Shown: one piece after another, positions 37,179 through 48,258 of the stretch
Layout of the letters: every line of letters begins with the position of its first letter
How positions within the stretch are numbered: position 1 is the stretch's first letter
Origin: a virus
Length of the DNA stretch: 64,000 bases
IMG/VR virus record: IMGVR_UViG_3300042308_001049
Coordinates: 66,564 to 130,563 of that record
Direction: 5' to 3' (one strand)
Made by a program: the position numbers and the translations under genes
Notes under the pieces: generated by a model
Database searches by the model: none
What the model was told of the DNA's origin: nothing
The model's input: the letters and a program-made list of their open reading frames with translations, nothing else

Positions 37179-38396
37179 ATGGCGAACATTCCTATTTGGC
37201 CTGGGTCATCCTCATTTGCTGCCGTATCAGCTTCATATTATAATACTCCATCAACTGGTAGTTCACCTACTGCATTTGGGTTTTATGATAATGACTCTCA
37301 ATTCCAATCAGACGCAAATAAAGTAGCTAATTTTTGTGCTAGACGTTTAGGTTACCCTATTGAAAATGTAGAATTACAAGATTTAAACTTTTGGACTGCT
37401 TTCGAAGAAGCGGTTACAGTTTATGGTAATGAATTATACGCCTATCAAGTTAGAGAAAATATGCTCAACATTGAAGGTTTACCTATATCTACCCCACCTT
37501 TAAATAATACTCAAATTACCCCTAACATGGGTAATGTTATTCGTATCTCTGAACAATATGGAGAGGAAGCAGGAGTAGGAGGGAATACTAACTGGTACTC
37601 AGGTTCAATAGTTTTAACAGGCTCAGTTCAAGATTATGATTTAGATAAATGGGCACAAGATCATGGAATTTCAGGAAGTAATTTAGAAATTCAACGAGTA
37701 TTTTACCAAGGTGTACCAGCCTCAGCGGATTATTATTTCGCAGGAGGTATAGGTATAGGAGGTACTTTTGGTGGATTTTTTGGAGGCCTAGGAGGTGTAG
37801 CTGGTTATGGTTATGGTTCTAACTGGTTTGTTACTCCCTTATCATATAATGTAGCAGCGATCCAACAAGTAGAATTAGCTGATACAATCTTAATGTCATC
37901 TTTTAGTTTTGAACTTATTAATAATAAATTAAGAATCTTCCCAGTCCCTAATGATGCTGATACAGGTACCCATTTTTGGTTCCAATATTTACTTAAAAAT
38001 GAACGTTTAGAAAATTCATTAACCTCAGGAAGTGGTAATTTAGGAGCAGGTCTTATTACTAATGTATCAAACGCTCCATATGCTAACCCAGTTTACTCAC
38101 AAATTAATTCAATAGGTAGAGCATGGATTTTTGAATATACTTTAGCTTTATGTAAAGAAATGCTAGGATATGTTCGTAACAAATACTCACAAATTCCTAT
38201 CCCAGGAGCTGAAGTAACATTAAATGGAGATACATTAACAACTTCTGCTCAAACTTCTAAAGACGCCTTAATTGAAAGATTAAGAGCTTACTTTGATGAA
38301 ACTTCTAGAAGAAGTATGTTAGAAAGAAGAAGAGATGAAGCAGAATTTGCTAAATCTGAATTAAATAATGTCCCAATGACAATCTATATAGGATGA
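37179..38396 (+). CDS. Neck/head-tail adaptor protein (gp13-like)
   Basis: RRLGYPIENVEL...WIFEYTLALCKEMLG..R.KY...PG..VTLNG; position after the capsid gene. Confidence 0.75.
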   Translation: MANIPIWPGSSSFAAVSASYYNTPSTGSSPTAFGFYDNDSQFQSDANKVANFCARRLGYPIENVELQDLNFWTAFEEAVTVYGNELYAYQVRENMLNIEGLPISTPPLNNTQITPNMGNVIRISEQYGEEAGVGGNTNWYSGSIVLTGSVQDYDLDKWAQDHGISGSNLEIQRVFYQGVPASADYYFAGGIGIGGTFGGFFGGLGGVAGYGYGSNWFVTPLSYNVAAIQQVELADTILMSSFSFELINNKLRIFPVPNDADTGTHFWFQYLLKNERLENSLTSGSGNLGAGLITNVSNAPYANPVYSQINSIGRAWIFEYTLALCKEMLGYVRNKYSQIPIPGAEVTLNGDTLTTSAQTSKDALIERLRAYFDETSRRSMLERRRDEAEFAKSELNNVPMTIYIG

Positions 38397-38737
38397 TACA
38401 ATTAAAAGACATACTAAATGAGATTCTTAACACATACCAAGTTGAGGGTACTATAATTTCTTCTAAAGAAGAAAATATTAGTGATATTTTAAATCAAATT
38501 AGAGGTATAAGAAAAGTAACTATTGTAAATAACACTACCCCTGATGATATTCCTCAAAGAGAGGACACTGAAATTACAACATTTGAGCTTAAATTCGTCA
38601 GTAGAACTAATGAACCTAAAAAAGATATAGAAAAATTTAAAAAGGATATTTTACAGTCTGATTATGAAAAAAATGACTTAAAAGTACCTGGTGTAAAATC
38701 TATTAAATTTAATTTAGATAGTTTAAAACGTATATAA
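38393..38737 (+). CDS. Hypothetical protein with MIQLKDILNE leader
   Basis: Same leader as the 19-21 kb genes. Confidence 0.6.
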   Translation: MIQLKDILNEILNTYQVEGTIISSKEENISDILNQIRGIRKVTIVNNTTPDDIPQREDTEITTFELKFVSRTNEPKKDIEKFKKDILQSDYEKNDLKVPGVKSIKFNLDSLKRI

Positions 38738-39324
38738 TGGCATTATTTGGGCAAGCTAGAGATATTTCAATGTTCAGATACGTCAACCGAGAGTTGATGG
38801 GTAACATTATTTCTCAACAAGCTGCATTCTATAAACTTAGACTTACTCAAACTAATTTTAACATGTATGGGGAAGCAGCTGAGGCTAAATTTTATGATGG
38901 CCCTATTCTTCTTTATACCCTAATTGACCTACCAGACCAAGAATTCCCTACAGATGAAATGGGTGTAAGCTTTAGCTGGAAACCTACATTTAGATTTTTA
39001 AGAGATGATCTTTTAAATAAACTAAAAGATTTTAACGAAGATACTATCTATGGTGCTAATTTAGTACCTCAAGTTGGCGATGTTATATTATATGAAACTG
39101 CGTACTATGAGGTCATAAACACTAATGCAGCTCAATACTTTGTTGGTAAAGATCCAGATTACCCTAATTCACCTCAACCTTCAAACCCAGCCGGAGCTAC
39201 TTATCCTTTACCATCACCTTTATGGAACCCAGGTTTAGATGAGTTTGGTTATAATGTTTCTATTATCTGTCAAACAGCTTATATACCAGCAGATAAGGTG
39301 GGTATAACCCTAGAAAGAATGTAA
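38737..39324 (+). CDS. Neck/head-closure protein (gp14-like)
   Basis: NMYGE...PQVGDVI...YYEV pattern; position. Confidence 0.6.
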   Translation: MALFGQARDISMFRYVNRELMGNIISQQAAFYKLRLTQTNFNMYGEAAEAKFYDGPILLYTLIDLPDQEFPTDEMGVSFSWKPTFRFLRDDLLNKLKDFNEDTIYGANLVPQVGDVILYETAYYEVINTNAAQYFVGKDPDYPNSPQPSNPAGATYPLPSPLWNPGLDEFGYNVSIICQTAYIPADKVGITLERM

Positions 39325-39325
39325 T

Positions 39326-40411
39326 ATGGCTCAATCACGTAAACCCGTACCTAAGACACAACAACAACTTAGTAATGAGTTGTCTGGAGCAAGTAATTCT
39401 TTATTAGGAGATCCTAACTTAGCTAATCCTAATTTTGCGGGGCCTAATCGTTCTTTGCAAAATAGTTGGGAAGATGATACTGTAAAACCTTTTACAGTTA
39501 CCCTTCAAGATTTGGATGAAGCTATTATGTACTATTTCCAAAATGTAATTCGTCCTTTTGTAATTCAAAATGGGAATAGAATTGAGGTACCTGTAATATA
39601 TGGTTCACCTGAAAGATGGAAATCTACTCAAAAGGATGGATACTATAAAGATAAGAATGGTGCTATTATGGCCCCACTTATCATGTTTAAAAGAAATTCT
39701 ATTGAAAAAAACCGTTCTTTAGGTAATAAACTAGATGGTAATTATCCTAATTTATATGGGGTAATGAAAAAGAAGTATGATACTAAAAACTTCTATTCAA
39801 ACTTTAATGTATTAACTAATCGTGTTCCTGAAGAACAATTTTATGCTGTAACTATACCTGATTATGTTACATTAACTTATTCATGTGTAGTTTACACTTA
39901 CTATGTTGAACAATTAAATGGTATAGTAGAAGCCATTAACTACGCCTCAGATTCATATTGGGGTAACCCACAACGATACCAATTTAAAGCAGCTATTGAT
40001 TCATTTAATACTGTAACTGAATTACCACAAGACAATATTAGAATAGTTAAAAGTACATTTGATATAAAATTATATGGGTATGTTATTCCTAATACTTTAC
40101 AAAACAATGTATCTTCTTTACAAAAATATCGTAATAAGGCTAAATTAATATTCTCTTTAGAAACTACCAATGACCCATTAGTATTTGACCCTAATACCCC
40201 AATAGTAGATGATGGTTCAGGAAGATTTAATGCCAATAATGTTAGAACTTTAGGAGCAGATAAATACATAGCTCAACAAGGGAGAGGTAGAGGTTCAAGT
40301 GTTAATTTTACACCTAACATCGAATATGAAGCTTTATTAGAAGAAATAACTAATTTACAATCTCAACTTGCAGCCGCAAACGCAACAATACAATCTCTTC
40401 AAAATCCTTAA
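39326..40411 (+). CDS. Tail terminator/sheath stabiliser (gp15-like)
   Basis: VPVIYGSPERW...PDYVTLTY...QLNGIVE pattern; position. Confidence 0.6.
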   Translation: MAQSRKPVPKTQQQLSNELSGASNSLLGDPNLANPNFAGPNRSLQNSWEDDTVKPFTVTLQDLDEAIMYYFQNVIRPFVIQNGNRIEVPVIYGSPERWKSTQKDGYYKDKNGAIMAPLIMFKRNSIEKNRSLGNKLDGNYPNLYGVMKKKYDTKNFYSNFNVLTNRVPEEQFYAVTIPDYVTLTYSCVVYTYYVEQLNGIVEAINYASDSYWGNPQRYQFKAAIDSFNTVTELPQDNIRIVKSTFDIKLYGYVIPNTLQNNVSSLQKYRNKAKLIFSLETTNDPLVFDPNTPIVDDGSGRFNANNVRTLGADKYIAQQGRGRGSSVNFTPNIEYEALLEEITNLQSQLAAANATIQSLQNP

Positions 40412-40437
40412 TTATTAAATACACATATTTATAAGTA

Positions 40438-40827
40438 ATGGCAAGCAATGTTAGATTTTTAGACCAAGTTTCAGTTGGTACTTACCAAACAAGTGGTGGG
40501 GGTGGTGATACTGGGTCTTTTCTAATAAATGCTGTTGAAGAACCAGGTGGAGGAGGGATTGTTTTTACTAGAGGTAATGGTGATACATTTACAGTTGAAA
40601 CTACTTCTGATCCTTTTCCATATACAGGCTCAGCTATTATTACTGGATCTTTACAATTAGAAGGACCATTTTTAGTTAAATTAAATAATGGTAATGGAGA
40701 TCCAAACAAGTTTCGAGTTAATAATGAAGGGGCCGTAGTTTTAGGTAAATTAAATACCCCACCTACAGCAGTTAGTGGTGGCTTTTTTTATTCCTCATCT
40801 AATGAATTTTTTCTTGGTTTTGCTTAA
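40438..40827 (+). CDS. Small fibre-like virion protein
   Basis: FPYTGSAII motif shared with 3341..4405; TATTTATA at 40426. Confidence 0.5.
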   Translation: MASNVRFLDQVSVGTYQTSGGGGDTGSFLINAVEEPGGGGIVFTRGNGDTFTVETTSDPFPYTGSAIITGSLQLEGPFLVKLNNGNGDPNKFRVNNEGAVVLGKLNTPPTAVSGGFFYSSSNEFFLGFA

Positions 40828-40880
40828 AAATAACATATTTATAACAGACTAGAACTTAACAATAAAAACCAAAGAAAGAT

Positions 40881-41924
40881 ATGGCATCATGGAAAAAAGT
40901 CATAGTTAGTGGATCAGCTGGTGAATTTACATCAGTAACCTCTTCCGTACTAACTAATGATAATTTAGTAATAGCTGGGGCAGGCGGAGCTCTTGAAAAT
41001 AGTGGCCTTACCTATAATGGTACTACTTTAAACTTAGGATCTTCTCAAGTTCAAGCTGCTGGCTTTTCCGGTTCCTTCTCTGGTTCATTCCAAGGTAATG
41101 GCTCAGGTTTAACTGGAGTTGTAGCTACTAACCCTAACTCTATTAGCCAAGGAACAGGTATTGTACCTTTCTCTTATAATGGTTTAACAGCTCAAACTGT
41201 AGCAGTTTCAGGTGCAGCTCAATTATCTAGTAATGCTATTACTAAATGGGATTCAACTGATGGTAAATTTGTTAATTCTAGTCTTACAGATAATGGCACC
41301 ACAATTACAGGTACTACATCTATTCAATTAACAGGTGCCTCTTCAAATCTTTCAGGCTCATTTAGTGGTTCATTCCAAGGTGATGGTTCAGGTTTAACTG
41401 GAGTTGTTTCTAATCTTAATTTCTCAGGTTCAACAGGTAATGGTACCGTAGCATTAAAGACTCAAGCCTTTACAATTGCTGGAACAGCTAATGAAATTGA
41501 AACATCAGCTGTTAACCAAACTTTAACTATTGGTTTACCTGATGATGTAATAATCACTCAAGACTTAACAGTTAACCGTAACTTAACAGTATTAGGTACT
41601 GCTTCATTCCAAAACACTACTAACTTAGATGTAGCTGACCGTTTCATTCTATTAGCCTCAGGCTCTAATACAGGAGGTGATGGTGGTATTGTAGTACAAC
41701 AAGGTACTCAAGGAATTGGTGAAGCATTTGCTTTTGATTTAGCAGCAGTTCGTTGGGGAGTTACAGGATCATTTGATGGTTCAACATCAACAATAGCCCC
41801 AGATGCATTTATGGCTGCTGTAGTAGTAGGTGCTGGTACTGATCCAAATACTGCTCCTGCTAGATATGATGCTGCTGGTAACATATTTGTAGGTACAGAC
41901 GAAAATATCTGGATTTATTCCTAA
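40881..41924 (+). CDS. Fibre-like virion protein
   Basis: MASWKKVIVSGS N-terminus; SGSFSGSFQGxGSGLTGVV occurs twice. Confidence 0.6.
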   Translation: MASWKKVIVSGSAGEFTSVTSSVLTNDNLVIAGAGGALENSGLTYNGTTLNLGSSQVQAAGFSGSFSGSFQGNGSGLTGVVATNPNSISQGTGIVPFSYNGLTAQTVAVSGAAQLSSNAITKWDSTDGKFVNSSLTDNGTTITGTTSIQLTGASSNLSGSFSGSFQGDGSGLTGVVSNLNFSGSTGNGTVALKTQAFTIAGTANEIETSAVNQTLTIGLPDDVIITQDLTVNRNLTVLGTASFQNTTNLDVADRFILLASGSNTGGDGGIVVQQGTQGIGEAFAFDLAAVRWGVTGSFDGSTSTIAPDAFMAAVVVGAGTDPNTAPARYDAAGNIFVGTDENIWIYS

Positions 41925-41969
41925 TAATATATTAAATTAGTTTTGTTAAAATATTTAAAAAGATTATTT

Positions 41970-42179
41970 ATGGGTTTCACAGCCAATAATGTACAGACCC
42001 CTTCAGGAGAAATACCTGGAGGGTCTTCTGTTTCAAATAAAGGAGTAGAGCTTTCAAAGCAAGAAATAGAATTTCTTTTAACAATAGTTAAAAATTCTAC
42101 ATTTAAAGGAGATATGATTGAAATAGTTTATAAGACAGTTTATAAACTTCAGGATCATTACACTAAAATTAATAAATGA
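41970..42179 (+). CDS. Small hypothetical protein (possible fibre chaperone)
   Basis: In-frame ATG at 41970; helical C-terminal half. Confidence 0.5.
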   Translation: MGFTANNVQTPSGEIPGGSSVSNKGVELSKQEIEFLLTIVKNSTFKGDMIEIVYKTVYKLQDHYTKINK

Positions 42180-42184
42180 GGAAA

Positions 42185-42352
42185 ATGTTTTCAATAGAAG
42201 AATTATCAGTTATAAGACAAGGACTTGACCTCCTAACAATTACAGGAGCAAGCGCAAGAAAAATGGTTGCTTTACAAGATAAAGTAGAAATAGCTTTACA
42301 AAAAGAAATACAAAAACGCGACAAAGAACTTGCCGATATAACAAATCAATAG
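42185..42352 (+). CDS. Small coiled-coil protein, 55 aa, absent from the ORF track
   Basis: MFSIEELSVIRQGLDLLTITGASARKMVALQDKVEIALQKEIQKRDKELADITNQ; alternative ATG at 42176 overlaps the previous stop. Confidence 0.55.
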   Translation: MFSIEELSVIRQGLDLLTITGASARKMVALQDKVEIALQKEIQKRDKELADITNQ

Positions 42353-42376
42353 TATCTTTATCCATATTTATTGACA

Positions 42377-42430
42377 TATTATTGGCTCGCAAGAGAAGTG
42401 GACAGGCGCTACCTGTAACCAACCATAATA
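42377..42430 (+). ncRNA. Candidate structured 5' leader RNA (three-way junction)
   Basis: P1 TATTATTGG/CCATAATA; P2 CTC-GCAA-GAG; P3 TGG-ACAGG...CCTGT-AA-CCA. Lies between TATTTATT (42365) and the ATG at 42441. Confidence 0.5.
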
Positions 42431-42440
42431 AAATTGAAAT

Positions 42441-45400
42441 ATGCCAAGTTGGAAAAAAGTCATACTATCAGGGTCAGATGCTGCCCTAAACTCTTTAGAT
42501 GTTACAACAAATGTAACCATTACAGGTAGCCTTTCATTAAGCGGCTCTTTAATAGACTATACAGGAAATCCAGGTGTTGCTGGGCAGATAATTTTATCAA
42601 CAGGTACCGGCATTGAATGGGTACCTAACATAGCTGAATCAGCTCAAGATCTTATCATTCAAGGTAAAAACGTTACCGCATCTCCTCTCCCTAAAGGTAC
42701 CCCTGTATATTTTACAGGCTCAGGTACTATGGGTAACTTAGTAGGAGTAATCCCAGCTGATGCTGGTAATCCTAACTTAATGCCTGCTGGTGGTGTACTA
42801 GCTGAAACTATAACAGCAGGTGATGAAGGAGGAGTGTATATATACGGTTATATTAATGGTGTAAATACATCTGCTTTTGCAGCTGGTGATGATGTATTTG
42901 TTGCAGTAGGAGGTGGTTATACCAACGTAAAACCAACAGGATCTGCTCTCATACAAAAATTAGGTAACGTTGAAAAATCAGCAGTGAATGGCTCTGGTGT
43001 AATCCAAGGCCCTTCATGGTATAATGATCTACCAAATGTTCAACCAGGATATACTTGGGTAGGAGATTTAAATAGTGTACCTCAAGCAGTTTCAACTGCT
43101 TCTTTATTAGTTACAAGTGCATCATTTGCTACTACTGCTTCTTATGTTAATACATTAAACCAAAATTTAATTATAACAGGCTCAGCAGCAATTGGAACCA
43201 GTTCTTTAGGAGCTAGTGAAAACACTTTAACTTTAGGAGCTAGAGATACAGGAGGAGAAGGAGGACAGCTAGGTTTTAATGCCTCAGGTGGAACATATAC
43301 ATCTGCTTCGTTTATCGACCTCTACCAAAACAGACTCAGAATACTTAAAGGTACAAATGCTGGTAGTACTGGTGAAGTTGCTAGTTGGAATATGCATACC
43401 TTGCAAATGAGCTTACCTGCATATACTAGCCCATCATCATTCCCAGGAACAGCCGCAACTTTTTTAGCAACAGACTCAGGTGGTAATATAATAACAGTTT
43501 CAGGTATATCAGGTGCCCAAGGTGCTCAAGGTGCACAAGGTGCTACTGGTCCAACTGGAGCACAGGGTGCTACAGGTGCCCAAGGTGCTACTGGTCCTCA
43601 AGGCGCTCAAGGTGCCCAAGGTGCAACAGGTGCACAAGGACCTACTGGCCCACAAGGTGCACAAGGCGACACAGGTGCTCAAGGAGCACAAGGTGTAGTA
43701 GGTCCTCAAGGTGCACAAGGCGATACAGGTGCACAAGGTGCTATTGGCCCACAAGGTGCTCAAGGCCCTACAGGTCCACAAGGTGCCCAAGGTGCAACAG
43801 GCGCTCAGGGTGCAATAGGTGCTCAAGGAGATACAGGCGCACAAGGAGACACAGGCTCACAAGGTGCTCAAGGTGCAACTGGTCCTCAAGGTGCTCAAGG
43901 CGCACAAGGTGCTACAGGAGCACAGGGAGCAACTGGCGCTCAAGGTGCAACAGGTGCACAAGGACCTACAGGTCCACAAGGTGCTCAAGGCGATACTGGT
44001 GCTCAAGGTGCACAAGGTGATACTGGTGCTCAAGGTGCTACTGGTCCAACTGGAGCCCAAGGTGATACAGGTGCTCAAGGTGCACAAGGTGCTACTGGCC
44101 CACAAGGCGCTCAAGGAGACACAGGTGCCCAAGGTGCAACAGGTCCTCAAGGTGCTCAAGGACCTACAGGACCAACTGGTGCTCAAGGTGCTACAGGAGC
44201 ACAAGGTGCTACTGGCCCACAAGGTGCTCAAGGACCTACAGGCCCAACTGGTGCACAAGGCGCTACTGGTGCACAAGGCGCTACAGGTGCTCAAGGAGCA
44301 GTAGGTGCACAAGGCGCACAAGGTGCTACAGGAGCACAAGGTGCAGATGGTTCTTTTGGTGGTGCCACTTTCGACTATACTTTTGATTCTTCTACTACTG
44401 CAGGTGATCCTGGAACAGGTAAAGTTAGATTAAACCAAGCTAACGAAAATACATCTACACAGATGTATATTGATGATTTGGATGATTTTGGAAATGACAT
44501 TTCCACATTCATGCAAACTATAGACAACGTAACCTCAGCAATTAAAGGTTATGTTAGAATGGCTAATCGTACAGATGCTACCCAATATCTTTTATTCCAG
44601 ATCTCAAATCTAACAGATAATACAGGTTGGTGGACTATTGATATTACAAACCAAGCATCTTCAGCTACATCTCCATTTACCAATCTAGAAGATATAACAG
44701 TATCATTTGTAACCACAGGTGATAAAGGTGATACAGGTGCCCAGGGTGCAACCGGTGCACAAGGCGCAACTGGAGCTCAAGGTGCAACCGGTCCTCAAGG
44801 TGCACAGGGTGATACAGGTCCACAAGGCGCTCAAGGAGCAACAGGCCCAACTGGAGCTCAAGGCGCAACTGGTGCTCAAGGGGCAACAGGTCCACAAGGA
44901 GCACAAGGTGCTGTAGGTCCTCAAGGTGCACAAGGTGCAACTGGAGCCCAAGGTGCTACTGGCCCACAGGGTGCACAAGGTGATACTGGCGCACAAGGCG
45001 CAACTGGGCCTACAGGCCCACAAGGTGCACAAGGCGCTACAGGTGCACAAGGCGCAACAGGTGCACAAGGCGCTACAGGTCCAACTGGTCCTCAAGGCGC
45101 ACAAGGAGACACAGGTGCACAAGGTGCTACTGGTCCTCAAGGTGCACAGGGTGCTACAGGTCCTCAAGGTGCAACTGGCGCACAAGGTGCAGTAGGTCCT
45201 CAAGGTCCAACAGGTGCTCAAGGCGCTGTAGGTCCAACAGGAGCTCAAGGCGCAACAGGTGCTCAAGGTGCAACAGGTCCAACTGGAGCACAAGGTGCAA
45301 CAGGTCCACAAGGTGCACAAGGAGCTACCGGCCCAGCAGGTCCAACAGGTCCTCAAGGAGCCCAAGGTGCAACAGGCGCTCAAGGTGCAGTAGGTCCAAC

Positions 45401-47231
45401 TGGCCCACAAGGTGCACAAGGTGCAACTGGTGCTCAAGGCGCAACAGGACCACAAGGTGCGACAGGTGCCCAAGGTGCAACTGGCCCACAAGGTCCAACA
45501 GGTGCTCAAGGAGCAGTAGGTCCACAAGGACCACAAGGTGCTCAAGGAGCCGCAGGTGCACAAGGTGCAACTGGTGCTCAAGGTGCAACAGGAGCTCAAG
45601 GTGATATAGGCCCAACTGGTCCTCAAGGTTCCCAAGGCGCTCAAGGTCCAACTGGCCCCCAGGGTCCTCAAGGCGCTCAAGGTGCTACAGGTCCACAAGG
45701 AGCACAGGGTGCGCAAGGAGCATTCGCTACCATAAACAATAATGTTGATAATTACCTAATTACAGCTACTGGTACAGCTAATACTGTAAATGGTGAATCT
45801 AACTTAAGATTCAACGGCAGTTATCTTTCAGTATCAGGTTCAGGCTCAACCATATTCTCAGTTGATGGTTCAGTAGGTAGATTATTTACTGTAACTGATA
45901 GTCTATCAGGTTCATTATTCTCAGTTAATAATATTTCAGGTTTACCAATCTTAGAGGTATTCTCTGATAATAGAGTATTAATGGGTACTTATGGTGCTGA
46001 AGCTTTAAGAGTTTCAGGTTCACAAGTATTCATGGATAACCTAACTAATGATAGTGAAACTGTAGCTCTTACCTATAATACTTCAACTAAAAAAGTATCA
46101 TTTAATACTATTGCAGGTCCACAAGGTGCACAAGGTGCGACAGGTGCCCAAGGTGCAACCGGTCCACAAGGTCCAACAGGTGCTCAAGGAGCTACAGGAC
46201 CAACAGGTCCACAAGGTGCTCAAGGAGCTACAGGACCAACAGGTCCAACTGGAGCTCAAGGAGCAGTAGGTCCTCAAGGCCCACAAGGTGCTACAGGTGC
46301 TCAAGGTGCAACCGGTGCTCAAGGTGCTACTGGCCCACAAGGTCCACAGGGTGCAACTGGTGCTCAAGGTGCTACTGGTCCACAAGGTGCTACAGGTGCT
46401 CAAGGAGCAGTAGGTCCTCAAGGAGCAACGGGTGCTCAAGGAGCTACAGGACCAACAGGCCCAACAGGCGCTCAAGGAGCAGTAGGTCCTCAAGGAGCAA
46501 CTGGTGCACAAGGCGCTCCAGGACCAACAGGCCCAACAGGCGCTCAAGGAGCAGCAGGTCCAATAGGCCCTCCAGGACCAACTGGTGCTCAAGGTGCAAC
46601 CGGCCCCCAAGGTGCTCCTGGCCCAACAGGAGCACAAGGTGCAACAGGTCCACAAGGTGCCCCTGGTCCTACAGGTGCTCAAGGTGCAACTGGTCCACAA
46701 GGCGCTCAAGGTGCAACTGGTGGTCCTGGCCCTACAGGTGCTCAAGGTGCTACAGGAGGTCCTGGCCCAACAGGTGCACAAGGTGCAACTGGTCCACAAG
46801 GTCCCGCAGGTCCTACTGGTGCCCAAGGTGCCCAAGGTGCTACAGGTCCTGTAGCAGGTTCAGCTAACCAAGTAGTCTATAAAGACGCCTCCAACGTAGC
46901 TGCAGGTAGTGCTAACATGACATTTGATGGAACTACGTTAACTGTAAACGCCCTAACCGAATCTTCAGCCTTAAAATATAAAAAAGATATTACCCCAATT
47001 ACTAGTTCATTGGAAGGTTTACGTGGGATGCAAGGTGTATACTTTACCCGTAAAGAAGACAATGCTCGACAAATTGGTTTTATAGCCGATGAAATTTTTG
47101 AAACCTACCCAGAATTAATTGTATTAAAAGATGGAGAAATTGACAGTTTACAATATCAACGTATAACTGCTATTCTAGTAGAAGCTGTAAAAGAACTAAA
47201 TGAACGTTTGAAAAAATTAGAAGGTAATTAA
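42441..47231 (+). CDS. Collagen-like long fibre protein with C-terminal S74 intramolecular chaperone
   Basis: Three G-X-Y tracts separated by globular domains; C-terminal [10 protein letters not shown]...IGFIADE...[17 protein letters not shown]. Confidence 0.85.
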   Translation: MPSWKKVILSGSDAALNSLDVTTNVTITGSLSLSGSLIDYTGNPGVAGQIILSTGTGIEWVPNIAESAQDLIIQGKNVTASPLPKGTPVYFTGSGTMGNLVGVIPADAGNPNLMPAGGVLAETITAGDEGGVYIYGYINGVNTSAFAAGDDVFVAVGGGYTNVKPTGSALIQKLGNVEKSAVNGSGVIQGPSWYNDLPNVQPGYTWVGDLNSVPQAVSTASLLVTSASFATTASYVNTLNQNLIITGSAAIGTSSLGASENTLTLGARDTGGEGGQLGFNASGGTYTSASFIDLYQNRLRILKGTNAGSTGEVASWNMHTLQMSLPAYTSPSSFPGTAATFLATDSGGNIITVSGISGAQGAQGAQGATGPTGAQGATGAQGATGPQGAQGAQGATGAQGPTGPQGAQGDTGAQGAQGVVGPQGAQGDTGAQGAIGPQGAQGPTGPQGAQGATGAQGAIGAQGDTGAQGDTGSQGAQGATGPQGAQGAQGATGAQGATGAQGATGAQGPTGPQGAQGDTGAQGAQGDTGAQGATGPTGAQGDTGAQGAQGATGPQGAQGDTGAQGATGPQGAQGPTGPTGAQGATGAQGATGPQGAQGPTGPTGAQGATGAQGATGAQGAVGAQGAQGATGAQGADGSFGGATFDYTFDSSTTAGDPGTGKVRLNQANENTSTQMYIDDLDDFGNDISTFMQTIDNVTSAIKGYVRMANRTDATQYLLFQISNLTDNTGWWTIDITNQASSATSPFTNLEDITVSFVTTGDKGDTGAQGATGAQGATGAQGATGPQGAQGDTGPQGAQGATGPTGAQGATGAQGATGPQGAQGAVGPQGAQGATGAQGATGPQGAQGDTGAQGATGPTGPQGAQGATGAQGATGAQGATGPTGPQGAQGDTGAQGATGPQGAQGATGPQGATGAQGAVGPQGPTGAQGAVGPTGAQGATGAQGATGPTGAQGATGPQGAQGATGPAGPTGPQGAQGATGAQGAVGPTGPQGAQGATGAQGATGPQGATGAQGATGPQGPTGAQGAVGPQGPQGAQGAAGAQGATGAQGATGAQGDIGPTGPQGSQGAQGPTGPQGPQGAQGATGPQGAQGAQGAFATINNNVDNYLITATGTANTVNGESNLRFNGSYLSVSGSGSTIFSVDGSVGRLFTVTDSLSGSLFSVNNISGLPILEVFSDNRVLMGTYGAEALRVSGSQVFMDNLTNDSETVALTYNTSTKKVSFNTIAGPQGAQGATGAQGATGPQGPTGAQGATGPTGPQGAQGATGPTGPTGAQGAVGPQGPQGATGAQGATGAQGATGPQGPQGATGAQGATGPQGATGAQGAVGPQGATGAQGATGPTGPTGAQGAVGPQGATGAQGAPGPTGPTGAQGAAGPIGPPGPTGAQGATGPQGAPGPTGAQGATGPQGAPGPTGAQGATGPQGAQGATGGPGPTGAQGATGGPGPTGAQGATGPQGPAGPTGAQGAQGATGPVAGSANQVVYKDASNVAAGSANMTFDGTTLTVNALTESSALKYKKDITPITSSLEGLRGMQGVYFTRKEDNARQIGFIADEIFETYPELIVLKDGEIDSLQYQRITAILVEAVKELNERLKKLEGN
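43512..44348 (+). repeat. Collagen G-X-Y tract 1 (about 93 triplets)
   Basis: [15 protein letters not shown] triplets. Confidence 0.9.
44718..45722 (+). repeat. Collagen G-X-Y tract 2 (about 111 triplets)
   Basis: Same triplet vocabulary. Confidence 0.9.
46116..46853 (+). repeat. Collagen G-X-Y tract 3 (about 82 triplets)
   Basis: Same vocabulary plus a few GAP/GPP/GGP triplets. Confidence 0.9.
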
Positions 47232-47233
47232 TT

Positions 47234-48256
47234 ATGGCTCAATTACGAAATTCTACAGTTAATGGTTTAAATTTATGTTCTAATGCTTTACTTAATACAG
47301 CATTTGGTTCATCATCTTTACAAAGTAATACTACAGGTTGTGGTTGTAATACAGGTATTGGATTTGTTGCTTTAGCTAGTAATACAACAGGAATAAAAAA
47401 CACTGCTATCGGAGCAGGTAGTTTAGATGGTAATAGTACTAGTTATAGAACAGGTTTAGGAGATAATACTAGAGGACTTGACGCTTACACCACCTCCATT
47501 GGGTCCAATGTTGGAGGTGTTTATTCAGGATGTCATACTGGTAATATAGCAATAGGAAGTGCTAATTCTGGAAAACAGGCTTATGCTAATTCTATAACTG
47601 TAGGTTATTGTGCAGGCTATTTTACGGGTACCGCTAAAATAGCAATTGGTCATCTCACTAGAAATGGGGGTAATTGTAGTATTGTTATAGGAAGTAGAGC
47701 AGGGTATAATAGTGGTGGTAATTGTTCTATAGCAATTGGTTATAAAGCAGGTTATTCAATGGGGGGTGCTGTTAATAATATTCTTATAGGATATGGTGCT
47801 TCACAACAAAATGGATTTGGGTGTAATGATCAAACTGTTTTAGGAAATGCCTATAATAACGTTTATAACTGTGTTTATGCAGCCTGGACAGATGTATCGG
47901 ATTGTAGAGATAAAACAAATGTGCAGCCCCTAAATAACTTAGGTCTTAATTTTTTACGTAAATTAAATCCTGTAAAATATAAATGGGATCTTAGACAAAA
48001 ATATGTAGAAAAATGCGGGTATGAATATGGTATTAAAGATGGTACTTTAAAACAAGACCAAATTAATTATGGTTTCTTAGCTCAAGAAATAGAATTTGCT
48101 GCTAAATCTTTAGGAGAAAATTTTGATGCTGTAACACATGATACTTTTATAGATCAATACAGTTTAAATTATCTTAATTTATTAGCAAGCTTAACTAAAG
48201 CTTTACAAGAAATTAATAATGATTTAGATTTAATAGAAACTCAATTAAATAATTAA
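47234..48256 (+). CDS. Cys-rich fibre/adhesin with S74 chaperone (paralogue 1)
   Basis: NTAIG-type repeats; SDCRDKTN...GFLAQE...LTKALQE. Confidence 0.8.
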   Translation: MAQLRNSTVNGLNLCSNALLNTAFGSSSLQSNTTGCGCNTGIGFVALASNTTGIKNTAIGAGSLDGNSTSYRTGLGDNTRGLDAYTTSIGSNVGGVYSGCHTGNIAIGSANSGKQAYANSITVGYCAGYFTGTAKIAIGHLTRNGGNCSIVIGSRAGYNSGGNCSIAIGYKAGYSMGGAVNNILIGYGASQQNGFGCNDQTVLGNAYNNVYNCVYAAWTDVSDCRDKTNVQPLNNLGLNFLRKLNPVKYKWDLRQKYVEKCGYEYGIKDGTLKQDQINYGFLAQEIEFAAKSLGENFDAVTHDTFIDQYSLNYLNLLASLTKALQEINNDLDLIETQLNN

Positions 48257-48258
48257 TT

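Noticed and set aside
43509-46854. Many alternative-frame and antisense ORFs (Cys/Thr/Leu- or Lys/Val-rich) over the collagen gene
   Set aside because: Shadows of the 9-bp G-X-Y periodicity, which lacks stops in other frames; no independent start signals.
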